NCBI GenBank assembly: GCA_938091905.1
Contig: CALKOM010000180.1
Span: 1-13,938 of the forward strand
Direction: 5' to 3'
Origin: an uncultured Verrucomicrobiales bacterium
GTDB lineage: Bacteria; Verrucomicrobiota; Verrucomicrobiia; Verrucomicrobiales; DEV007
Length of the DNA stretch: 13,938 bases
Below are positions 1 to 7,725 of this stretch, piece by piece; positions within the stretch are counted from its first letter, which is position 1, and every line of letters begins with the position of its first letter. Both the position numbers and the translations under genes were made by a program. The notes under the pieces are model-generated. The model was not told the DNA's origin. It saw only the letters and a list, made by a program, of their open reading frames with translations, and did not search any database.

Positions 1-251
1 TCCCTATCATGCCTGGGAGAAGGGCTTGGTCGAGAATCACAATGGTCTCTTGCGCCAATACTATCCAAAAGGCGAAAGCTTCGCTGGAATCAAGGAGGAT
101 TCCCTTAGGTGGGTTGAAGAGGAAATCAATGAGCGCCCTCGCAAACTCCTTGAATACGCTTGTCCAATGCTCTACCTCAATTGTCTAACTGCGACGTGAG
201 TCCACTTACCACCTCTTTGCTCGTCTTGTGCGCTAGCAACTTGAATCCGCC
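1..251 (+). mobile_element. Right end of an IS30-family insertion sequence; terminal inverted repeat about 226-251
   Basis: The transposase tail is followed by TTGTGCGCTAGCAACTTGAATCCGCC, an IS30-like terminus. Similarity of the neighbouring pseudogene to its family stops at this point (...NLLEAG). Confidence 0.85.
2..199 (+). CDS. IS30-family transposase, C-terminal part (5' end outside the window)
   Basis: Manual translation of frame +2 (not in the ORF track): PYHAWEKGLVENHNGLLRQYYPKGES...EINERPRKLLEYACP...*, stop TGA 197-199. This matches the IS30 signature PYxxWxRGxNENxNGLLRQYFPKG...LNxRPRKxL, which includes the catalytic E. Confidence 0.92.
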   Translation, partial: PYHAWEKGLVENHNGLLRQYYPKGESFAGIKEDSLRWVEEEINERPRKLLEYACPMLYLNCLTAT

Positions 252-1830
252 CCTGCTTCGAGGAGGTTGCGTTGGAAATAGTGTTTACGTTAGCAACGGA
301 CACCTTCGACTTCAGCAATGTCTGCGAACCGCTTCAGACGATTCCATTACCAAGGATTAGGTTTCTCCAGGTCGTATTTGCTCAGTCCGTCCCATGCTTT
401 CCCCTGCCCACTGCGCGCGAAGGGCTGCTCGTAAAAGGGAGCGCTCACATTGGCATCGACGCGCTGCACGCGCGTGTGGCCGTCGCGACGGCGATCATAC
501 CAAAGGCCATCGTTGTGATCCAAGGCGCTGTAGCCATTCTGCACCATGAACTGAGCAACGTTTTGGAGGTCATCAGTGAAACCAAGCCCGCCCCTACCGG
601 GCACGAAGCAGTGTGACTGCCGGCCCCATCTTCGGAGCCTCGTTAGGACGCAAATTTCCTCGCCACCAGGGAACGCCCAGACTCTTGCCTTGAACCAATT
701 GCCCGTCGATATACAATCGACCTTCGATAAGTTCCAGCTTTCTTGAGACTTTCGGTTCCGAGTCTGGCGCTGTGTAACTGAACACGGGAACTCTCGAACG
801 AACAGTGCTGATGGAATCTCTGGCCGAAGCCCCGGCAATGATCTGGCCTAGCGATTCGTGAGGTGTATTTGATTGACTGACAAACCTCTCAGCCACCTTG
901 TAACTTGGGTTGGTGGCACCAAAGTGCTTCTGACCAATGGGTCCAAGGTCAATGCCATTCCTTTTAGCGAGCTGCTCTTGAACAAGGCTGATAGGCCTAA
1001 CACCCCCCCACTCCGCATCGCCAAAGTCACCCTACCCAAGCGTGATTCTCGTCCTCGGGATGCGTGTTCATTGGCAATGATTCGAGCCTGAGTCCTTCAA
1101 TACCAACCTGATGAATTCTACCTGGCCACTGGGTGAGCTTCTGAACCCGCCCGCCACCAAAGCGTGTCTCCAAGGCCGTAGTGATCGGAGCGTCTACCGT
1201 GATCGTCTTGTCAGAAATAGCTGTGATGCGGCGCTCCCATTGGATGTCGCGTGTACCCGATGGCCAGCCGACCAGAAATCGATCCATGCCAATGGCCTCA
1301 ATCCACTCCTTAGCACTCGGCCGCGTGACTCTGACAAGGTCCCCAGCTTGCAGCCCTATCGTCGTGTCTAGCGGCAACTCGAATCCACCAACGGCAACAT
1401 CCCTCGTGACTTCTCTTTCAAGCTCTTCGAATTGAGCATTATCCTTTCCCACCACTCGAATCACGGTTCGCCGACCTGTGCCAGTGGCACGAATCGTCGT
1501 CTCGCCCGAACCACGGAGGACCATACCACTGGCAGCCACCTTGAGCTGGCCTTCGACCTCAAAGGCCCCATTATCTAACAGAAGCGCCCCTCGAAATCCA
1601 TGTTCATCCGAGGGGGCCTGAGCAAGTTGGTTGATGGCCGCCTGGAGTGTCGCGGTGGCATCGCCTTCAATATGCTTGACAAAGAGTCTCGCCTCGACAT
1701 TTGGCAGAGAAACCACACTATCACGATAGCCGCAGTGAGAGAAATCGATGACAATGCCATCGGCGTCCTCACCCTGGACTAAAACAAGCCCGAAGCCTAA
1801 CAGCAATGTAATCGCTAAGCTCCGAGGCAT
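252..1830 (-). pseudogene. Decayed secreted pectate-lyase-like beta-helix / DUF6298-type protein, interrupted by IS30
   Basis: Probable ATG at 1830 (MPRSLAITLLLGFGLVLVQG, signal-peptide-like). N-terminal motifs DFSHCGY, LQAAIN, GFRGALLL, GMVLRGSG and DENHAW are present. The frame breaks near 1030 and continues in another frame (GDAEW..RPISLVQEQL...WWRGNLRP). A 1-nt insertion near 610 breaks AVT-RFVPGRGG, then LWYDRRRD, PFYEQPFARSG and AWDGLSKYDL follow. In-frame stops occur at 347-349 and 290-292, and HYFQRNLLEAG runs up to the IS30 end. Confidence 0.85.
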
Positions 1831-4800
1831 CACGGCACTAGACGAATGCGCAGGAAGTGAGCAGGTGAGTTCTCTGGAACAGCAAACTGCAAACGAATTT
1901 GTTCGGTGCCGGGAGGCACCTCTGACAGCACTTCCATGGTATCGGGCTGTGCCGCTGACCAAGGGGCCTTCAGATCGGGCGACCATTCGCCTAAGAAATC
2001 GCTGTAAGTTGACGATTTCTCAATGCTGAGTTCGAAGCTGATGTAAGTGCGACCGTCAACCACTCGGATCTGAATATTCTCGTCAGTCTGTTCACGCTCG
2101 GATGCTATCGCCGGAACGTTAGGATCGAGATTGGCGAGAAACTCAATGAAATTGCGCAATCCATCGCCATCATTGTCAGCGTTTGGGTCGGTGATTCCGT
2201 TCTCAACTGCCCAGGCATCATAGCTCCGTCCTTCCGGAGCTTGATCCGTGTTGGCATCGCCAGGCGTCGGTGTCAGGATTTCGCTCACGTCGGCCCCTCC
2301 GTCTGGAAAGCGGCCCCGAGCATGCGTGTCGCTAAGCTGGATACCGAAACCGATACCGTCAATAACCGTTCCAGCGTCGTCGCCAGCAGAAAGTTGGAGG
2401 AACTCGCCGCCTCGAGCGATGTCAAAACGAAAACGAGAGGGATTTGATGTACCGCCGCCGGAAGTGAACGCGGCATAGCCTCCAGGAGCGATGTAACTGA
2501 GCTTTGGAATCTGCCACTTTCGCCTACCCGCTTCGCTGGGCTCATCACTGAGCCATAGGCCTCCGAGCGCAATTGGGACGTTGCCAGGATTATGCAACTC
2601 GAGGAAACTATCATCCAAGACGGTGTCTCCATCTGCCGCGAACCATTCATTGATGCGAAGCGCTGCGACTTTACCTAACACTGCCTTAGAACCATTGACA
2701 GCACCGTGACTAGATGATTCTAGCAAAGCCCATGAGCCATCGTTCAGACGTCCAATACTTTGGTTAGATATTTGCAATCCCCAGATGATGCGATCGACCA
2801 CTTGGCCGACTGGATTAAGCAGTTCGACTCCCCAATGCTCATAAGTATTATCTACTGGCAGTCTTGATTCCTCTACATGGTGATCGCCAGCCGATAAACT
2901 TAGAACAGGAAAGACCCAACCGACAGGCGAATGGCTCACCGTACGGAGCTGCCATCCCTCGAGATCGATCGCGCCCTTGGCGACTAGCTCGATCCAAGCG
3001 TTGGTAGCAATGAGCACCTCATTCAACTGAACCATGCCATCCTCGGCCACGGCATTGGACAATCCGGGACTGGGATAGTCTAACGCAACAATATCTCCAG
3101 TGGCATCGGGCACCCGCCCTACGGAGATGCCCTGCGTCTGCGTGTCATAGGTCACACTATCAAACACATTACCTTCGAAGGTTGCTAGTGACAAGGTCGC
3201 ACCTTCCGCAGGAAGCTGGAGCCACACGGCATCGGCACGACGAGCACCTCGATCACAGACCAAGCGCAGCGTTCCACCGGGCTCAATCACGGCTGGTGCC
3301 GTGACGAGAAAGGACTCGTTATTGACCTGAACGCGCAAGCCAGCAAGCACGACGGGCGTGTCGGCATTCGTGTTGGTGAGCTCTAACCAATCATCGAAAC
3401 CCGGCGGCGGGTCCGCTAGCCATTCGTTGAGGCGCAGATCGGTCAGACTTCCGCTAGAAGGGGCAACGGCCCCGGCATCTTTCGACGGCTGACCGGGTTG
3501 CCAATCAGGCCCAGCCCGATTGAAAGAAACATCTGCTGCCTGTGGACCGTAGCGAACGCCATCCACAACCATGCTTCCCTGGTCCAATAAAGACACCAAA
3601 TCCCACTCATCTGAAAGATTGACTTCGATCGACAGATAAGTATTGGGGGCGAGCATCGTGCCATTGGCAATCGATACGGCGTCTTCGGCATTGCTGGGCA
3701 TTAGCTGCCATCCGCTTAGATCAACTGCCAAGTCACCCATGTTCAGCAACTCGACGAAACCGGCTTCAGTACTACTCTTAGCGAGAAATTCACTGATGAT
3801 CACGTGCGAACTATCAGTCACGTTGTTAGCCAAACCAGGAGAGCCATTCGCACCCTCACTCGCTCGCCAGTTGTAGGGTGATTGCGGATCGCCACGGGGA
3901 TCGATGATCGCTATAGATGGACCGTCATTGTCTGCTTCCACTGGCCATGGTGTGTTGTCATCATACTCGACTGCTGTGACGAGTTGACCACGACCATCCA
4001 ACAAAGCGATCCGTTCGCCATTGTTGTCCAGACGGCCGCCATAGTAACCCGCGACCTGCACGCCAGGATGTTGGGCATGAAAGATATTAGGCGCATCATT
4101 GCTAGCCACAACAATACGCGCACCAGGCCTAACAACCGTGCCCCACGGAAAGACAAACTCGATCCCCTGAAATGACCATTTTCCCAGATCGATGGGAGTA
4201 TTACTCACATTCTGCAATTCGATGAACTCTGCGGCGGAACCACCCAACGCTCCCTTGGCATTGTAGTGAACCTCGGTGATGCGCATGTCAGCTGCAGTCG
4301 ACCCCACACTGAACGTGGCTTCCATCAAGGCACTCCAGTTTCCGCGATCGAGCGCACGGGCCTTCACCACTGTAGTTTCATTAATCACTATAGGGCTGGT
4401 ATACTGCTCCGCCGTTGGCGTGAGCTCACCGGTGCTGTCAAGATAGACCCGTGGGTCAGAGCCATCAGTCGTGTAGTAGAGCGTGCCACCAGCAAAGACC
4501 GAAGCTTTGGAAATCTGTATCTCAAATCCAGCAGAAACACGTTGGGAACCGATGATGGTCCTTTCAGAATCCTTAAATTGGGGTGCCCGCACACTTGGAT
4601 AAAGGCCACGGTCACGCAACTGCCTGAGAACAATATCAGGACGATCTGGGAACCACGTTTCCGTCAGGCGTCTCTGCTCGACCATCCAATGATCCGTCCA
4701 AGTGAAGAGTGGATAGGGGCCGCTCTGGTGCTGATGCACATCGCGTCGATAATCTCCCCAGCGAGCGGCTTCACAAGCGATGGCATCTTGAACGACTGCG

Positions 4801-7448
4801 CGCCACTTGTTCCAACGTGCAATATTGTTCTCAGGTCGAAGGGCACCATCAGGAGCCACTAGATGCTTGTGGGCTCGGTCGGCAAAGTCTAACAAATACT
4901 GATCGTTTGAGACAAGCTTTGTGTGCAACCCACCCGGAGGCGCGCTTGCACCCGTGCGATCAACATCTTCGTCCCACATCAGATTCTCCATGTCCCAGGG
5001 CAGAAAGCGAAACTGACCTTCTTTGTGCCTCACGGCATACCAGTTCTTATTGATGTTCTCGCCCCAATCCTGGTGCCCTAGAAAGAAGTGCAACAGCATG
5101 TAGTCCGCATACCATTCCACATCGAGCAACTCTTTCATCTCCCCATACTTCTCATTATCAATGGGCCTTGAGATATCCAACATCTCATCATAAGCATCCT
5201 TGGAGCCGCTCTTTAAGCCACCTTGTTCAACCACATCATAGTCTTCACTTTCACCTCCAAAGGTATTTGCAGCAAAGCCATGATTCTCTTGCTCCGTGGG
5301 ATCGTAAAGCCCCCAATAGAGGCCGTTGATGAAGAGATGCACGTAACGGTGATGGCCCGCCGCGCGTCCCATGTCACGGAAGGTATCTTTACTGAAAGCG
5401 TCACGCATACGCGTAGCACGGGGCCGCTGTTGTCCCCCATCCCAGTGTAGCCAGCTAGAATTGAAATCGCCTCGTAAGATGATGTCGTCAAACTCGCGTG
5501 AAGGCGAATCAGGAAACAACGCATGGGTCAACTTGGCAGCGCCAAAGGAACTCTTAAAGTTGAGTTTGAATCCGTGCTTAGGGCATTTGCGAGGCTCTCT
5601 ACTTGCATTGCCGTGCATACGAATACCACAGGTTGTGTCGAACCCTGTCGTACCGTCAGGAAGAAGCAGCTCGACCGAGCAAGCAAACTCAAACTGCGTG
5701 CCTTTCTGTCGGGAATTGGGATGCAGACCACGACTACCAAACATGTCGTTGTTAGGCATCACAACTGACATAAGCGGTAGTTCACGAAAGGCACGGTTCA
5801 TCCGCTCGCGATTGGTGATGCCACTGGGATCGACTTCTCCGTCATCATTGTATTTGTTAGGGTCATCGATGATTTCGGGATCCATGCCGTAATCGGCCGG
5901 AGCGGCATTACTAGGCAGGTTGCTGATTTCACCAGGGAATCCCGCGCCACTTTGCGTGCCCCAGGTGATGGGAAAAGTCGCGTCTCCTACGGTGGGCAGC
6001 GGAGGATTGTCGTTGTCGTCCTCACGATCAGGATTGTCGTAGGGAGGACTGGGTTGATCAAGGATCTGATCAAGGAAGATATAGGAATGCGTCACCGTTT
6101 TGCTGGAAACTTTGCCCGATGCAGACGCCGCGACACGGAGAACAGTCGTGTGGTCAATCGGCAAAGGTTGTGTGTAAGCGGGGCTAAAAGTCGTCGGCTC
6201 ACTGCCATTGAGGGTGTAGCGGATGGTTGCTCCTGGATCCTGAGAACTGACAATGACCTCGAAAGGTTCTGCAAAGAAGCCCCGGCTCACGTTCACACTC
6301 GGCTGTGGCGTGACTTGCGTCATGCCCGATCCCGTGTTCTCATTCTGAGGAGTTGGTTCATTGAAATAGACAGCCGCGTTATCGGCATTGAGACCATAGC
6401 TAAAGTCTACTCGCTGCTCCGGGTAATCATCGTAGACAGAAACGACCTCACGCGGCGACTCGGGACTGTGCAAGGCAAGATACCCGCCACTAAGATCGAG
6501 GGTGAAGTTGGTATGGGTTTTGCCAAAGATCGAGTCGGTGTCTTTGCCGGAAGCAAAGAGGACGAGCCGCTCCCCTGGACCAATAGATTTGGAAGGAGCG
6601 ACCCAGAGATCTGGTTGTTCGGGATCCGAAGACAATGTCCAGCCTAACAGGTTCACGGATGCTTCACCTGGATTGTAGATCTCAATCCAATCTGGCGAAT
6701 CGTCATCGTTATCAGTTAGGATAGTCGCGTTCGACGCCATGAACTCCGTGATCTCAAGGGCACCACGCTCACCCGGCGCGAGGTTCACCGACCATGAATC
6801 ACCCTCAAAAGCATTGCCTGCTAGATCAGCGATGGTCTGCCCGGCAGCCCATTCGAAATTCACGTTGCCAGCTACCGGTTCTGAGAAGGTGAAGATATAG
6901 GGTCCCGCGCCCTCACCAGTAACCGAGCTCGCCACCGCACCACCAACTAACAAATGCTTTGCCAGGACTCCTGTAACCACCTCACTGAAACGCACTTCGG
7001 TCTGTGTTAAGCGGTTTACCTTCGCGCCGGGAATCGGCACGATTGATTCAAGATCTTTCCCTTCACGCACTACCCCAATTTGCGGTGGCAAAGTATCCAT
7101 CAATTGGTAAGTCCAACCACTTTCCGGCGCATAGCCTCCCTCCCCGGCCACGCTCGCAATACCATGATCCGCATCCCAAGAAATGGAGACATCACCCGGC
7201 AATGGTTGGGTGAAGGTGAATTCGTAGGGGCCTTCACCTGAACCATCAACGGCAGCAGCAGATGCCGCATTGATGATCAAGTCGTCAGGATCGATTCCTA
7301 TCACTGGCTCGCTAAACGTGACTTTGATCGTTGTTAGCGCTGGCACCGTTGCACTTGGCGCAGGTTCCGTTGTAGTGAGAGTAGGCGCAGCGAGCACCAA
7401 GGCGGCCCAACTTAGGGCAATGAAGTTGAAAAGCAGACAAGGCTTCAT
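1830..7448 (-). CDS. Secreted CotH-kinase-family protein with two Ig-like modules, six lamin-tail-like domains and two chitobiase/FN3-associated modules (1872 aa)
   Basis: Long ORF with a signal peptide and two N-terminal 'V.FSE.V.G' Ig-like repeats. Lamin-tail-like starts ITEFMA, ITEVHY, ISEFLA, LNEWLA, LNEVLI and INEWFA. IRYTLNGSEP and LYYTTDGSDP modules. CotH motifs GIRMHGNASR, VHLFINGLYWGLY..TE, DW....KNWY and FLPWDME. DNDGDG..N..EF...LDP motif near the C-terminus. Confidence 0.9.
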   Translation of the reverse strand: MKPCLLFNFIALSWAALVLAAPTLTTTEPAPSATVPALTTIKVTFSEPVIGIDPDDLIINAASAAAVDGSGEGPYEFTFTQPLPGDVSISWDADHGIASVAGEGGYAPESGWTYQLMDTLPPQIGVVREGKDLESIVPIPGAKVNRLTQTEVRFSEVVTGVLAKHLLVGGAVASSVTGEGAGPYIFTFSEPVAGNVNFEWAAGQTIADLAGNAFEGDSWSVNLAPGERGALEITEFMASNATILTDNDDDSPDWIEIYNPGEASVNLLGWTLSSDPEQPDLWVAPSKSIGPGERLVLFASGKDTDSIFGKTHTNFTLDLSGGYLALHSPESPREVVSVYDDYPEQRVDFSYGLNADNAAVYFNEPTPQNENTGSGMTQVTPQPSVNVSRGFFAEPFEVIVSSQDPGATIRYTLNGSEPTTFSPAYTQPLPIDHTTVLRVAASASGKVSSKTVTHSYIFLDQILDQPSPPYDNPDREDDNDNPPLPTVGDATFPITWGTQSGAGFPGEISNLPSNAAPADYGMDPEIIDDPNKYNDDGEVDPSGITNRERMNRAFRELPLMSVVMPNNDMFGSRGLHPNSRQKGTQFEFACSVELLLPDGTTGFDTTCGIRMHGNASREPRKCPKHGFKLNFKSSFGAAKLTHALFPDSPSREFDDIILRGDFNSSWLHWDGGQQRPRATRMRDAFSKDTFRDMGRAAGHHRYVHLFINGLYWGLYDPTEQENHGFAANTFGGESEDYDVVEQGGLKSGSKDAYDEMLDISRPIDNEKYGEMKELLDVEWYADYMLLHFFLGHQDWGENINKNWYAVRHKEGQFRFLPWDMENLMWDEDVDRTGASAPPGGLHTKLVSNDQYLLDFADRAHKHLVAPDGALRPENNIARWNKWRAVVQDAIACEAARWGDYRRDVHQHQSGPYPLFTWTDHWMVEQRRLTETWFPDRPDIVLRQLRDRGLYPSVRAPQFKDSERTIIGSQRVSAGFEIQISKASVFAGGTLYYTTDGSDPRVYLDSTGELTPTAEQYTSPIVINETTVVKARALDRGNWSALMEATFSVGSTAADMRITEVHYNAKGALGGSAAEFIELQNVSNTPIDLGKWSFQGIEFVFPWGTVVRPGARIVVASNDAPNIFHAQHPGVQVAGYYGGRLDNNGERIALLDGRGQLVTAVEYDDNTPWPVEADNDGPSIAIIDPRGDPQSPYNWRASEGANGSPGLANNVTDSSHVIISEFLAKSSTEAGFVELLNMGDLAVDLSGWQLMPSNAEDAVSIANGTMLAPNTYLSIEVNLSDEWDLVSLLDQGSMVVDGVRYGPQAADVSFNRAGPDWQPGQPSKDAGAVAPSSGSLTDLRLNEWLADPPPGFDDWLELTNTNADTPVVLAGLRVQVNNESFLVTAPAVIEPGGTLRLVCDRGARRADAVWLQLPAEGATLSLATFEGNVFDSVTYDTQTQGISVGRVPDATGDIVALDYPSPGLSNAVAEDGMVQLNEVLIATNAWIELVAKGAIDLEGWQLRTVSHSPVGWVFPVLSLSAGDHHVEESRLPVDNTYEHWGVELLNPVGQVVDRIIWGLQISNQSIGRLNDGSWALLESSSHGAVNGSKAVLGKVAALRINEWFAADGDTVLDDSFLELHNPGNVPIALGGLWLSDEPSEAGRRKWQIPKLSYIAPGGYAAFTSGGGTSNPSRFRFDIARGGEFLQLSAGDDAGTVIDGIGFGIQLSDTHARGRFPDGGADVSEILTPTPGDANTDQAPEGRSYDAWAVENGITDPNADNDGDGLRNFIEFLANLDPNVPAIASEREQTDENIQIRVVDGRTYISFELSIEKSSTYSDFLGEWSPDLKAPWSAAQPDTMEVLSEVPPGTEQIRLQFAVPENSPAHFLRIRLVP

Positions 7449-7521
7449 GAGAGATTGGCGAATGGATTGATCGCAATCCTAGGATAGACAGAAGATCCCT
7501 ATGGAGGAAATCTCGAAGTTG

Positions 7522-7572
7522 ACCAGGCCCATTGTCCTGGATTCCTCCGAAATTCAGGACAATGGGCCTGGT
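7522..7572. repeat. Perfect inverted repeat (18-bp arms, 15-nt spacer) in the divergent intergenic region
   Basis: ACCAGGCCCATTGTCCTG (7522-7539) and CAGGACAATGGGCCTGGT (7555-7572) are exact reverse complements. Confidence 0.95.
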
Positions 7573-7725
7573 ATGCGAGGATATCGAAGAAACTCACGGC
7601 GACCACTCCTGTCTCGATACTTAGGATACAGGAGATCTTTCTTTAAGATGTAAGATGTTTGCCTATTCGCGGCCAACCTACATTCTAGTATTGGTTTCCA
7701 ACTTTCAATCCCTTACCCTGTTTAT

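Noticed and set aside
290..349. Stop-codon readthrough or an alternative genetic code explaining the in-frame TAA codons
   Set aside because: Frameshifts co-occur, neighbouring genes translate normally, and TAA terminates the DUF4404-like gene.
1003..1009. C7 tract as a phase-variation switch
   Set aside because: The frame is open through it, and several other lesions could not be rescued by slippage.
160..1782. Plus-strand ORFs over the pseudogene region
   Set aside because: Antisense to recognisable minus-strand coding remnants, with no motifs.
1831..1986. N-terminal extension of ORF 1027..1986
   Set aside because: It overlaps the kinase C-terminus in another frame; the signal peptide begins at ATG 1830.
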